The notes under the pieces were generated by a model, which worked only from the letters and a program-made list of their open reading frames with translations, made no database searches and was not told where the DNA came from. The position numbers and the translations under genes are program-made. Positions 1-13,689 of a DNA stretch of 64,000 nucleotides are shown here, one piece after another (the first letter of the stretch is position 1; each line of letters begins with the position of its first letter). The DNA is from Octopus vulgaris (taxonomy: Eukaryota), in assembly GCA_951406725.2 (NCBI GenBank), contig OX597824.1, forward strand, positions 496,001 to 560,000. The letters run 5' to 3'.

Positions 1-904
1 GAGCGTGTGTGTGTGTGTGTGTGCGTATGCGTGTGTGGAAGTGTGTATATGTGTATGTTAGTGTCACCTTGTCTCAGTTGTAAATGAGTGTCAACATTAT
101 ACAAGTGAGGGTCTTGTTTCTAATCTTCCATGAAGACATGTCTGGCCATAGGGAAATACTACCTTCCATGGAAACAGGTATGAATATATATTTCTTGTTT
201 AAAAGAGATCTCAATTAAAAATTTTCCATCAAAATTTCAGGTTAATTTATGTTGCAAACATCAGATTGATCCTCCTCCTCATTATCAATTTATTATGTCT
301 GTGTTTGATGCTGGCATGAGTTAGATGGTCTGACTGGATGTGACTAGCCTGAGGGCTGTGTCAGTCTCCCATGTCTGATCTGGCAAGGGTTTTACAGCTG
401 CATGCCCCTTCCTAATGCCAACCATTTTTCAAAGGATACTTGATGCTTTTTTCAAAGGCACCAGTATTTGTGGAATGACCAAGTAACTTGCAAGAGAAGA
501 CCACCTTGACAGAGTTGGGGTGCAATGCCGAAGCAGGTAGCAGCTTTGTGCCAGATGTAGAGAGGCCAAAGTGGGAAAGAAGGAAGGGAGAAACTATCTT
601 GTTCTAAAGGAGATACATAGGTACCCAAACAGGGAAGGGAGAAACGATGGTGGAGATGCAGGGTGTACCCTCAAGGTACAAAAAAGGTGGATAGAGATAG
701 AAAAGGGGCAGAGAATCGATGAAGGCTGGGTAGGTCAGTGGGTTCCCAACAGTATGAAAGAAGAGTGACAATCAGCAGAAGTGAGGACTGAAATAAAACC
801 AGTGAATGGCCAATATGGATGGAGGCATGAGAAATGGTGAGTGTCAGTCTGGGAGAATGTAAGGAAAAAAGAACAACAACAACCAAATTCTTCATTCTGG
901 AGCC

Positions 905-1320
905 GACGTAGCTGTGTGGTCAGAGGTTTGCTTCCCAACCACAAGGTTCCGGGTTCAGTCCCACTGTATAGCACCTTGGGCAAGTGTCTTCTGCTATAGT
1001 CTCTGCTTGACCAAAGCCTTGTGAGTGGATTTGGTAGACGGAAACTGCAAGAAGCCCATCATGTGTATATATATATATATATCATCATCACATGTGTGTG
1101 TGTGTGTGTGTGTGTATTTGTATGTCTGTGTTTGTCCCCCACCCATCGCTTGACAACCGGTATTGGTATGTTTACGTCCCTGTAACTTAGTGGTTTGGAA
1201 AAAGAGCCCGATAGAATAAGTACTAGGCTCACAAAGAATAAGTCCTGGGATTGGTTTGTTCGACTAAAGGCGGTGCTCTAGCATGGCCAGAGTCAAATAA
1301 CTAAATCAATTAAAAGAATA
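905..1320 (+). mobile_element. tRNA-derived SINE family (representative; also 22320-22690, 53575-54115, 62175-62325 and many fragments)
   Basis: A/B-box-like head GCTGTGTGGT...GGTTCAGTCCCACTG, body ACCAAAGCCTTGTGAGTGGATTTGGTAGA, internal microsatellite. Confidence 0.8.
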
Positions 1321-1930
1321 TGCATATGTATGTGTGTGTGTGTTGGTGTGTTTATATCCCCATAACTTAGCAGTTCAGTAATAGAGAATGATCAAATAAG
1401 TCTCAGGCAGAAAAAAAAAAGAAAAATCTGTCCTGGGGTCGATTCACTCGACTAAAAAGCTTCAAGACGGTGCTCCAGCATGGTCACAGTCTAATGACTG
1501 ATACAAGTGAAAAAAAAAAAGCATATTTTTCAAATTAAATTAGATCAGAAGAAGTGTATTTCAGCAGAAATATACTAACGAAAGACTTCAATGAAATATA
1601 CTTTTTTTTTTTCTACTGTAGTCACAAGGCCCGAATTTTGAGGGAAGGGGCCAGTTGATTAGATTGACCTCAGTATGCAACTGGTACTTAATTTATCGAC
1701 CCTAAAAGGATGAAAATCAAACTTGACCTTGGCGGAATTTGAACTCAGAACATAAAGACAGACGAAATACTGCTTAGCATTTCCCCCGACATGCTAACTT
1801 TTCTGCCAGCTCGCTGCCTTGGCTTAAATGAAATTCTGCAAAACACACAAGTCCAATGTTTCTTGCTAAATCTTTGTCACTAAAGCAAATTCTAAGAACT
1901 ACAAATACTTAATAGAAAAATAAAACTTAC

Positions 1931-2160
1931 GTCTGGGCTAAGTGTGTCGATTTCTTTCAATAAACACCATCTTCGATATTCCCAGGACAGGATTTTAGAT
2001 TTGCAATATGTATACAGATATTTATGATATTCTAAGAGATCTTGGGCAAGTATATTGTAAGACATAATGCTAAACTCAAATCCACATTGTTGTCTTGGTT
2101 CTTGGTGATACTTGATGCCAAAATTTGTCCAGTTCCAATGACGAGAGAATTTCTTTTGTC
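1931..2160 (-). CDS. angel: Angel homolog (ANGEL2-like EEP/CCR4-family phosphatase), coding exon 3; gene continues left of window
   Basis: Encodes FEFSIMSYNILAQDLLEYHKYLYTYCKSKILSWEYRRWCLLKEIDTLSPD, the start of the Angel/CCR4 EEP domain. Acceptor ttttag at 2161, donor gtaagt at 1930; phase 1 in matches the upstream exon. Confidence 0.9.
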
Positions 2161-2299
2161 CTAAAAGAAAACCAAATGCAGATATTCCACGGTTAATAAG
2201 AAGCAATCATCAAATACTAAACATCAATATGGCATTTTAAATACTTTCTTTATAAGGTGTGTGTATGCATGCATGCACGTGTATATGTCTCCGTGTGGT

Positions 2300-5200
2300 C
2301 ATCATCATCATTTAATATCTGTTTTCATGCTGTCATGGGTTGGACAGTTCGACAGGAGCTAACTAGCTGAAGGGCTGTTCAGGCTCCCTGTCTGTTTTGG
2401 CATGGTTTCTACAGCTGAACACCTTTCCTAGTACCAACCACTTTACAGAGTTTACTGGGTTCTTTTTTATGTGGCACCAGCCCCCTATGAGCCCACAAGA
2501 TTAAGGATGCTCAGCTGGAGAGGGTTGCAAGGGACAAGCCTGTATGCAGGGGCAACCATACTTTTACTTAGCTTGACATGCATCTTTTCAAGCACAGAAA
2601 ATTCTTAGAAGTCTTGGTCTTTTCTCATCATCTCTGCAAGACCCAATGTCTGAAGATCCTTTCTCACCACTTTGTCCCCATCTCTTCCTGGGTCCATCCC
2701 CTTCCACACATTCCCTCCACAGTAAGAGAACAGCACTTCTGGGTGCAGCAGTCCTGGGTGCTTCACATAACCACACCAGTGCAGTCTTCTCTCCTGCACA
2801 CTATGTCTGACACCCCACATGTACCCAGTTTTTCTCTCAAATCACTTACACTCTGTCATATATGCACACTGACTTCACCCATCCATCAGAGCATACTGGC
2901 TTCATTTCTTTCAAGTTTTAACATATCCTCGCTAGTCACAGCCCATGTCCCACAGACATGTAGCATAGCTGTTTGTACACAGGCATCATACAATATACCT
3001 TTCACTACCAAAGGAGGTAGTAGCTCTCTGAACTTTGTCCAGTCCATTCTTATTCTAACAGCCATGCTTTTGAAACCCCACCCCCACTACTAACTTAGTC
3101 ACCTAAGTAACGGAAGTTGTCTACTACTTCTAAGGATCCCTCCTGGCATTTGAGGGAGCTAATTTTTATTGTACATTCCTGGTGCTTAATGTATCAGCCC
3201 ATCTGCCACATGTAAAGACTGCTTTCTCTGTTCGTCTTCCTGTGATACCACTACACCATTTATGTGCCCATAGCTTGTCCTGGGTGCACCTCATGCAGTT
3301 TCTCCTGATACCTTTTCTACACATCTAGCAGGGACATCTCCTTGAAGGTACCTGCAATGTGTCTGTTTTCAGACTTATCAATACTTTGGTCTTTGCTACG
3401 TCAACTCTAAGGCCGTTTGACTCCAGACCTTGCTTCCATAGCTGAAATTTCTGTCCTAATTTTGGTAGTGATTCAGCAATAAGAACAAGGTTGTCATCAG
3501 CATAGAGGAATTCCCAGAGGCAGCTAGTCTTAAATTCCTCAGTTATAGCTTGGAGGACTATGATAAACAAGATGGGACTAAGAACCGACCCCTGGTGAAC
3601 TCTAAACTCCTTGCCAATTCTCACTTTATTAACGGCATCCTTCTACATGGCTTGCACAGCTCACAGTAACCACTCATGTCCCTAGGTTCCACACTGCCCA
3701 CCAGATAAGGGTGTGGGGGACCGAATCAAAGGCTTCCTCCATGTCAAAAGTCAGAAACAAAGGTTATTTTGAGCCAAGTATTTCTCCTGCCATTGTCTCA
3801 CCAGGAAGAGAGTATCTGTGGTGCTGCTGCCTGGCACAAATCCAAACTGCATCTCATCTGCACTAACTTTCTCCCTAATTACTTGAACTATGACCCTTTC
3901 TGCAACTTCCAGCAATGTGATGTTTCTGTAATTATTTCTGTCAAGGGCATCACCTTTGCCTTTGTAGCAGTTGACTATAATGCTGCTACCCCAATCATTG
4001 GGCATGATTCCCTTGGGGACAATCTGATTAACTATACAGGCAACTAGGTTGTATTCCACCCCACCAGAGATTTTAAGAATCTCAGCAATGATTCCTGATG
4101 GACCAGAGGCTTTCCCTGTCTTCATATCCTTAATTGCTTTATCTACTTAGCTACTGTCAATTCGAATAGCCGGCCCCTCTGTTGGGTCCATATTGGGCAG
4201 GCTCTCTTTCTCCCATACATTCTCTACATTTAGCAACCTTTCATAACGGGCACTTGCAAGCCTCCTGCACAATCACTAACAGCAAGTGAGCCATCATCCA
4301 TGCAAACACATTTCTCTCCTACAGCATCACAATTTTGTCTGATACACTGTTTAGCAATCCGAAACATTTCAAGCCTCTGATCCTCATAATGCAGAATATT
4401 GGCAAATTTCCTCCTTTCTGCTTCTCCCCTGGTCTAAGTACACCTGCCTTCCAGCCACCCTCCTAGCCACCTGATATAGTTCCCTGCTACCACCACTCTT
4501 CCAGGCTTGTTTCTTTGCTCTAATGGCCTTGTCTACAGCATCATTCCACCATCACACTGCCTTAGGTCTGGTTGGGACTTGGCACCAGCCACAGATTTGG
4601 TCTGTGGCACTCAGCAAGCTATCCCGCAGGAATTCCCAATTGCTCCCTTATCTTACAAGTCTCTAGTTCCGCCTCCTTCTTGTCAAATTTCTCAATTAGG
4701 GTGTCCCTAAATCTCTGACCATATGAAGGATCCTTAATCTTCCAAATCCTTCTTCTTTTCCAGATTGGTCTGCTTCTTGGCATCCTTCTGGTCTGAAATC
4801 TAAGGTCACTAATGACTAGTCTATGCTGAGGGGTACATTCTTCACCAGGGAAGGTCTTTGCATTTATGAGCAACCATACATCCCACTGTCTGATGAGAAT
4901 GTAATCGATCTGGCTAGTGTGGTCACCCGATTAATAGATTATCAGGTGACTAGCTGGCTTCCTGAAGCTGATGTTGTAGGTCAATAGGTTATTTGCATCA
5001 TAGAACTCCAGTGGCCTTGTTCCCTCTTCATTTCACGAACTAATTCTATGGCCCTCAATGTACACCATGGAAGATACCTGGTTGCTGCCCAACATCTCCA
5101 TTGCAATCCCCAGCCATGAAGATGGGATCATTGCCATTTGTCTTTGAGGTAGCCTGCAGAAGAATATAATAAAAGTGGTCCTTTTGTTCATTTGGTAGAC

Positions 5201-5560
5201 CCGCCTGTGGGGTATGGGCAAAGATGATTGTCGCTGTACTATTCTGAAAAACCAGCCTGAGCTTGAGTACACTATCAGACACTCTGACTACCTCCATGAC
5301 CTTCTCAACCCATTTCCCAGTAAGAAGTATACCTACATCACCTACCCCATCACTGTTAACCTTCCAAGAAAATTTTATACCTCTGCATCTTGCTCCTGAG
5401 GAACCTGGATGAAGCTCTCCTCCACTTTCTTGAATGCAACAAGCATCAATGTGCCTCCGTTCAAGCATCCCAACAATCTTGCCAGACCTACTTTTCAATG
5501 TCTCTGCATTGACAATGCCAACTCTGAGAAATGGGAAAAGGATGTGGGAGGAAACGTGGG
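2300..5560 (-). mobile_element. Degenerate near full-length RTE-clade LINE (APE endonuclease + reverse transcriptase) with (ATG)n tail
   Basis: EN fragments LRVGIVNAETL...IDACCIQE and AGDCNG; RT fragments KASGPSGI, QFGFVPG.STTD, VHQGSVLSP, LYADD; many stops and frameshifts; 3'UTR runs into a (CAT)n tail at ~2300. Confidence 0.9.
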
Positions 5561-7065
5561 CAGTGGGGATGCTATTCAGCAACTGAAAAGGTTTCAATGA
5601 GCATTTCATAACAGACATGTCATATCAGTTGTTCTCACTTTAATCCACAATCATTCAATCACGTTAAAATTGCTGGCTCTAATGGAAGTGAGTGTAATAC
5701 AAGCATCGTTAATATATACAACACCTAATTGAATATATACAATGCAACAAAATAAATCAAACAAAATTCAACAAATCGCTGAAACTACCAGCCTGGAATA
5801 TTTTACTCATAAACAATATTTTTTGTAAAAGTCCAATTTTATTCCCACACATATGAATGTAATAGTGGGCACACTTACACATATCCCTCACACATGTGTG
5901 TATGTGTGTGTGTGTGTGTGCATGTGCCAGTTGTGTTCATTTGCATCTCTGCATCTCTCTCTGCACACATACACACACACACTTTCCACAGCATGACAGA
6001 TCTTTTACACAACAGGAATCTATTTTTAGCACATTAATATTTAGAACTAGAGGAACCTGTGGAAATCCCACAACGGAAAAGATTAGAATAAGCTATTTAA
6101 GAAAGAAAGGATGATATGCATTTTTATTTTGCTAAGTGAATTCACTTCCAGTCACAATAATATATTACATGATTTTGAAAATTTCCCTCTGCTAAGCACT
6201 TTATATTTCTCTCTACCTCTTCAACAAACTTTTTAATCATGTAATTCCATTCTTTAACATTTCTCTTTCGTTTCACCTCTCACTTCCACTAACCACATGA
6301 GTGACAGCATAATGCATCGGCTGGCTATCTGCTTTTTCACTCACTCCCACATTCCTTCTTCCTCTCTCTCATTCCATCTCCACCTCCTAACAAACTAAAG
6401 TGTAAAGTGTGAATAAACAGGCAGAAGAATCATCATCGTTTTCAGTAACAAAGTTCATTTGATTTCATTTCAGTTTAGCTGTTTGTTTATGTCTACATTT
6501 TATTGCTGTGATGATTTCTACTCTGAAAATATAAATGCTGTCTCTCTCACTGTCTTAATGTAATTGCCTCCCCTATCCATTTCTCTCTATCTGCTTTTCT
6601 TTAATCTCACCACCAGAACATCACCCTCTGCTAAATATTGTATCCTAAACATATCTCTTGCTCTCTCTCTTTCCTTACCCACCCCACACTATGTCATTAA
6701 CACTTCTCTTTCCCTCTTTCCTCTCACCATCTTTTTCTCTTGCTCTTCACCTTTCCTCTCAACCAACCACATGATGCATTTGGCCTCAGTGTATTATTAT
6801 ACTCCTCTCTTCTTTCTTCTTTTCTCACATTCCTCCCTCTCTCTCGTTCTCACTTTTATTCCACCTCTCATCCAATCCATCCTCACTTCTCTAACTAAAG
6901 TCTAACGTGTGAACAAACAAGCAATTATAAAAATTTCCCCACAACCAGACATGTTTCCATGGAAAATTTGGAACAAAGGACACCACTCACATGACAGTGG
7001 TACTTGTTTACAACCATCACATGATGTTGAAGCAAAGGTGACAGAGGCACATATATGAGAGCATT

Positions 7066-8620
7066 CAGAAAGTAATTGTATTCGACCAGAAAAGGATATC
7101 AAAATGAATGCAAACGACATTTATCTGAATAGTTTTAATCAGGAATGTAATCACCATCGTCTTCAACGACTGCAGCCCAACAGGAAAGTAACTTTTTTAT
7201 GCCATGTTCAAAGAAACCTGTTTCTTTCCCTGAAAAATAGTCTGAAAGACTATTTTCAACTTCTTCTCTGTTTCCAAATGTTTTGCTTCCTATAAAATAT
7301 TCGAGTGACCAGAACAGATGGAAATCCAAAAGTGCTAAGTCAGGTGAGTATGGAGCATGTGGAAGAACTCCCCATCTTAACAATATTATTTTGGGTGGGG
7401 TTCGTTTTGAAGAGTGTGGCCATGCATTGTCATGCTGGAGAACGACCCCTTTTCTGTTTGCCAAAGCTGGCCACTGTCGACGTAATTTTCCATTTCCACA
7501 ATTAAGTTATTGGCAATAGACACCTGCATTGATGGTCCTTCTATGTTCCAGTTGCTCATAATGGACAATACCTTTCATGTTCAACCATAAAGAGCAAGGA
7601 TTTTTATGGATGGAGTTCTGGTTTTGGTGCTGGCACTAACCTTTCATTGTGATAACCATTGTCTCTTTTTTCATTTTCTGTTGTCATACAAAACATTTTT
7701 TTTATCACCTGTAACAATGCATTGCAGAAGTAACAGGTCGTTGTTATTCCTGGTTAGAAGACAGCTACAGATGGTGGAACGTTGTGTTCGGTTCTCAAGC
7801 GTAAACTCATGTGGAACCCAAATTTCTTTTCTGCAGGTTTTCCCAATTTGCTTGAGATGTTCTGTTACATCCTTACGCCTCCAATATCGTAGTATGGTCG
7901 ATATTGTTGATGATAGATTAAGAAAACCCTGTAACAGTGTTATAACAATACAAAATAGAAACAGCAGCAGTAACGAACCACATAACGAACCAACAATCAA
8001 TATTTCCAACAGACTAACTCGAACTGTAAACTGTACCTGGACTTCAAAAACCAAACTATGAACTGCCAACTACATCATCAGACTGCTACTATTTATATGT
8101 AGGGGTCCTGTCTATTCTCATCAGAGGGTGTCATACTCTCACCACATGTTCATGGATAGTTGAACATGACATTAAATTTTTGCGCCAAATCTCTGGTGCT
8201 TTGAGGTGGATCCAATACAATAGTCTTATTTATTCAAAAGGACATCATTCAGAGTGGGTCGGCTTCCAAAGCGAGGATTGTCGGATATCTCACAATCACC
8301 ATTTTTAAACCACGGCTGACATGTACGAGCTTTCATTGCATCCGCATACACTTGCCAAATGTTCTTCATTGCTTCTGTGGAGGTACTTTGCTTTCAAAAC
8401 TCATACAGTAAGAAACGGTGAATATGTTGCTCCACAAAGTTCTCATCTTCCATGGGATTAATTACTGAAATAACTATGAATGACACACTGCCAGGTAGAA
8501 GAGAAGGTACACTACTTCTAGACAGTTCTCACCTGTCTGACCTTCACTCTGAACTGATTAGTTGATTCATATTTCATAGCGGTTAAAAAAACAAATGCAA
8601 TTACTTTCTCAACACCCTAA
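7066..8620 (-). mobile_element. Decayed mariner (Tc1/mariner) transposon
   Basis: WVPHE, IVTGD, QHDNA.PH and HAPYSPDLA..DFHLF motifs; N-terminal HTH remnant at ~8100-8453; partial TIRs AGAAAGTAATTG at both ends; TA at 8621. Confidence 0.9.
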
Positions 8621-9739
8621 TATATATATGACTGGGCTTCTTTCAGTTTCTATCTGCCAAATTTCTCACAAGGCTTTGGTAGGCCCAGCGCTATAGCAGA
8701 AGACACTTGCTGAAGGTGTTACGCAATAGGATTGAACCCAGAAGTATTTTGTTGGGAAACAAACTTCTTACCACACAGCCAAGCTTACTCATGTGTGTGT
8801 GTGTGGGTGTGGGGGGAGTGCCTCTTTATCCTGACATTGAATAACAGTTGTAAAGGATATCTGTTTCCAGTCATCTGTGAAAGCTTGTTTGAAAAGGTCG
8901 GGGGGGGGGTATTATCCTAATTAGAGAAAAGGAAAGGATTGGCAACAGGAATGGCATCCATCTTAAGAAATTCCCTCCAACCCATGCAAGTATGGAAAAG
9001 TGAACATTTAAAATGATGATGATGATGGTGATGATGATGATGGTGGTGGTGATCATTCCCTGCACTTCCACCACTAGCCATTGCTTTTGTATGCAAAACT
9101 TTAAACAAACCATGACACAAAAGACAACTGAAAAGCCATCAACTGCTCAACTGCCAGGATGAGGGCTAAAGGGAACACCTTAGAGGTCCAAACATTGCTG
9201 ATTCTCCCTTTAAAAATTGCATCTTACTCACAGCCATGGATTGGTACCTAATGACTAACAACTCTGTAAACTCTAGTCATCATCATCATCAGCAGCAGCA
9301 GCATTGTGAAGTAGGGAAATATTCCACTGTCCTGCAATATCGACTTCAATTATCACACCCCACCCATCCATAAGAAAAGCTATCACCATCACATCTGAGC
9401 GACTGAGACAACCACCTCTGAGCAAGGACCACCACCACAGAGCATAAGTTCATCATTCATGGCCCTGCAGTGCAGGGTTTTATTTCTGCAGAGGGAAAAC
9501 CTCACTTGTAATAGCAGTCAGCAGTCAACTGACGGGGAGATTTAGTGCTACAATAAACCCAACAAATACTTAGGATTTAAGATGGCATTAAGAAGAATTA
9601 GCATCCATTTAATGATACAATTTCTGCAGTTTCTCAATTATTGGGACTTGAACAAATATTAATTTTTGAACATGTAAATGGATATAATACACAGAAACTG
9701 AGAGAAGCCTATCACACACACATACATCTATATATATAT

Positions 9740-10045
9740 ATAAAAATTAGAAAAAAACCACCTTTTATCAATTCAAAATCAACAATTAAATTACACCATC
9801 TAGAAAATTACATATAATAAGAAATATTAAATATAAAATAACAACAACATACCTATGATTAAGTAAAATGCAAAATAATAATATAAACCAAATATATAAG
9901 TTTATATTATTATTTTACATTTTACTTAATCATCGGTATATTGTTATTTTATATTTAATATTTCTTATTATATGTAATTTTCTAGATGGTGTAATTTAAT
10001 TGTTGATTTTGAATTGATAAAAGGTGGTTTTTTTCTAATTTTTAT
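9740..10045. repeat. Near-perfect palindrome, ~149-bp arms, 11-nt loop
   Basis: 9740-9888 is the reverse complement of 9900-10045 with a few mismatches and one small indel. Confidence 0.92.
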
Positions 10046-10114
10046 GTATATATTTACGGAGATGTACTTGCATAGCGAGTGACTTGATCTGAGATTGTGA
10101 GCTGGAATGAAAAC

Positions 10115-10262
10115 AATTGCAGTGTGGAAGGTGTTTATAAGCCATTTAAGAAACACACAAAACCGTTAGATTCACTTCAACATTTAAATCTAATTGTTGA
10201 AGTGAATCTAACGGTTTTGTGTGTTTCTTAAATGGCTTATAAACACCTTCCACACTGCAATT
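10115..10262. repeat. Perfect palindrome, 68-bp arms, 12-nt loop
   Basis: 10115-10182 is the exact reverse complement of 10195-10262. Confidence 0.95.
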
Positions 10263-12188
10263 TATATATATATATATTATATTTTGTGAAATTTGATTTG
10301 GTATTTCTAAATTGAATTTTTCCCTGTAAGTTAGGAATAATATTCCCTCAAATAATCATTATATATATATATATATATGCGCACACACGTGTATGCTGCT
10401 GCCACATAAAAAGCACCAAGTACACTTTGTAAAGTGGTTGGTGCATCTAGGGCATCCAACCATCAGAAACCATACCAGAACAGACAAAGGAGTTTGGTGT
10501 AGCCCCAGGCCTTACTAGCTGCCGTCAAGCCTTCAACCCATCCCAGCATGGAAAACAGGCATTAAATGATGATGATGGTGATAATGATGTGTGTGTGTTT
10601 CCTTGTCTGGACATTGTGTGATAGTTGTACAATAATAATTGCTATTGTCATAAAAAGCAGTGTCATTCATTTCCTGGCCATGGGTGGGGGTGGGGGATAT
10701 TACCTTGTCTGGAAGCAGGTGAGGGTTAGTGACAGGAAGGGCATTCAGCCGTAGGAAATCTGACTCAATAATTTCCATCCAACCCATGCAAACACAGAAA
10801 AGTGGTTATGATGATGATGATGAACTTGATGATGAAAGGAGGGTTACATGCAGAGGGGCCAGGAGTTCACATCTACAACAGGGCTGTTGTTGTGTTTCTG
10901 CACAGAAAACCTTTGTTCTATATTTTGTCAAGGATTTTACTTTAGAGGTGCAGGCATGAATATAGAGTTAAGAAGTTCACTTTACAGCCACAGGATCTTG
11001 GGTTCAATCCCACTAGAACCTCAGACCAACCAAGGCCTTGTAAGTGTGTGTGTGTGTGTGGGGGGGGTTTATGTCTATGCTCCATAACTTAGACATTCAA
11101 CAAACAGAGACCAATGAAATAAATAGCTGAAGACTAAAGACTAAATACTGAGGTTGATATGATTGACTAGACCCTTTTGGAAGTGAAGCCCCAACATATC
11201 TGCAATGACTGAAGCTAGTAAAAAAGGGTCAGTAGTAACAGACCACTTAGCAATGTTGAGCCTGATAGAACAGAGAGGGGGGGTGAGGGAGAGGGAATGG
11301 GAGAGGAGGAGAGAAAGAGATAGGGAAGTAGGTGGAGGAGGGAGAGAGGAGATGGGAAATGGAGAGGGGGCAGAGATTGGAGGGGTAGGGAGAGGTAGAG
11401 GGTAGGGGAGAGAGAGGGAGGGAGGGAAGGAATAGAGGGAGAGAGACAGACAAAATCATTTTTCATAAACTATGCATCATGAATCTTCAGGTTTAAAACC
11501 TTGACAAGCCTTATTGGACCTTTGGGGAAATTCCTTTTACTTTACTTCACAGGGCTCTTTAGTTTTGCCAAAGAGATGACCTCTTCCTGGTGCTCATAGA
11601 AAAAAGTATCCAGTGCACCCTGCAAGGTGGTTGGTGTTAGGAAAGGCATCATCAAGCCAAAACCGAAATACATGAGTGAGATGCTGTGCTCCAACCCATC
11701 TAGGTGAGTAGTATCTCAAAGTATGTACTGATTCCAACCATGGCAACCTGTCCAATCCACTCCAGCATGGAGAAAGGGTGTAAAATAATGCTGATAAGGT
11801 TTATCTTATATATTTATACATTCCAAAATTAAATTCAACATTTGCACCTTGAGACCATTCACATTTAGTAGAAACTGTCTTTGAGGTACAAAACATTTTA
11901 GAGAAATCCGTACCACTAAATTTAGCCTGTTGGAATAAATCAATCCGAAACTGCCCCTGGGTCTGCAATACAAACTTCCTGTTTTGCAAAGTGATCTAAA
12001 TGTAAACCTTCCATCAATATTTCAGGTTAGTTTCTTCTAAACATTAGCTTAAATAATGATAAAGTTATTTTGCAAAACTTTTCATCATCACCACCATTAT
12101 TTTCAAAATTAATTGTAACAAATACAGTGTATTTCAACAGAAATACGGTAACAAAAGGGTTGACATTAGCAAGATAAAATCCACTCAC

Positions 12189-12958
12189 GTTCTGTATAAG
12201 CTGTCCTTGGTGGATGAAACATTTTAAAGAAATCAGAACAGGGCTCTGATGAATTGATAAAGTTGTTTGGTTGTTTCAGTTTCCATGGTCGTCCAGAATC
12301 TAGATGACCAGGAAGAGATTCCGTGCTACAATGAGCTTGGATAGGACTGTCACGCCTGCGGTGCAAGGCAGAACTGCTTCTGTGTCTAATGGCAAATGGG
12401 CCTGGATCAATGGAGCAAAGCTCGTAAAAGTCCTGAGAGCTACGAGTCTTCAGACAGTTGCTGTCTAAGCCCTGTAACAAATGATTTTTATAGCTGGCAC
12501 ACTTGGGGGGTAAAACAGCACGAGACTGTTGCTTTCCTTTGCAACCGACTCGATATTCAACAATTGGGGATCTAAAATCATCTGCTTTCATATTGGAACC
12601 ATCTGGTTCCTTATTGGAACCATCTGTTTCCATATTGGAACTGTCTGCTTCCATATTGGAACCATCTGTTTCCATATTGGAAATGTCTGCTTCCATATTG
12701 GAACCATCTGGTTCCTTAATGGAATCGTCTTCCTCATCAGACAGTGCAGTGAGATCAATGTAAATTGGTTCCTTATTGGCAGCCGTTGATATGGCATCAA
12801 CGGCAACGCATTCACTGTCTTTAATTTCAAAAATGTCTTTGCAACGAGCACCAGAAGAATTATAATGGTTGGATGACGAAGCTTTCGGTGAATCAGATTC
12901 CACTACAATTTCATCATTAATGCCATCAGATTGGTTGTTAGATGTAGTCATGTCTTTA
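12189..12958 (-). CDS. angel: Angel homolog, coding exon 2 (770 bp, disordered N-terminal region)
   Basis: Open frame (ORF 12166..12951) bounded by acceptor ttccag (12959) and donor gtgagt (12188). Phase 2 in and phase 1 out join the flanking exons in frame (AC+T, C+GA). Confidence 0.8.
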
Positions 12959-13312
12959 CTGGAATGGAAGAAGAATGGGAAAAGATTATGTTAGCATTGG
13001 TCTCTAACTCAACATGGAGATACAAAAAAAAAAGACTGATTGATCAAAACTATACGAGAATTATAGAATACTGAATTCTTTGAATATAACAAAATAAAAT
13101 CTAATCACAGAGAAATTTTACAGCATTTAAATTATGTTTTCCTTCTCTTTTAGGTGCAGGCATGATTGTAGAATTAAGAAAACTGCTTTCCTGCCATGTG
13201 GCATTCTGCTCTACAGCATGGCACCTCAGGTGATCCCCTTCCATGTAGTACTAAGACAACCAAAGCCTTGTGAGTGGATTTCATAGATGGAAACTAAAAG
13301 AAGCCTGTCATA

Positions 13313-13346
<34 letters not shown>

Positions 13347-13354
13347 CATCATTG

Positions 13355-13640
13355 TCATCGTTGTTTAACATCTGCTTTCCATGCTGGCATGGGTTGGACG
13401 GTTTGACTGAGAACTGGTGAGCCAGAAGGCTGCACCAGGCTCCAATCTGATCTGGCAGAGTTTCTACAGCTGGATGCCCTTCCTAACGCCAACCACTCCG
13501 AGAGTGTAGTGGGTGCTTTTATGTGCCACTGGCACGAAGGCCAGTCAGGCAGTTCTGGCAACAACCATGCTCAAAAGGTTTTTTTACATGCTACCTGCAC
13601 GGGAGCCAGTCTGGCGGCACTGGCAATGACCACGCTCGAA
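13355..13640 (-). repeat. Abundant (ATG)n-tailed repeat homologous to the RTE LINE 3' end (representative of >15 copies)
   Basis: TTCCATGCTGGCATGGGTTGGACGG...TTTCTACAGCTGGATGCCCTTCCTAA.GCCAACCAC block, also present at the LINE terminus 2300-2480. Confidence 0.8.
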
Positions 13641-13689
13641 TGTTACATACATGTAAACATACATACTTATATATTCTGGCACTGCTCTG

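Noticed and set aside
2578-3093. 171-aa plus-strand ORF
   Set aside because: Antisense to the LINE RT C-terminal region.
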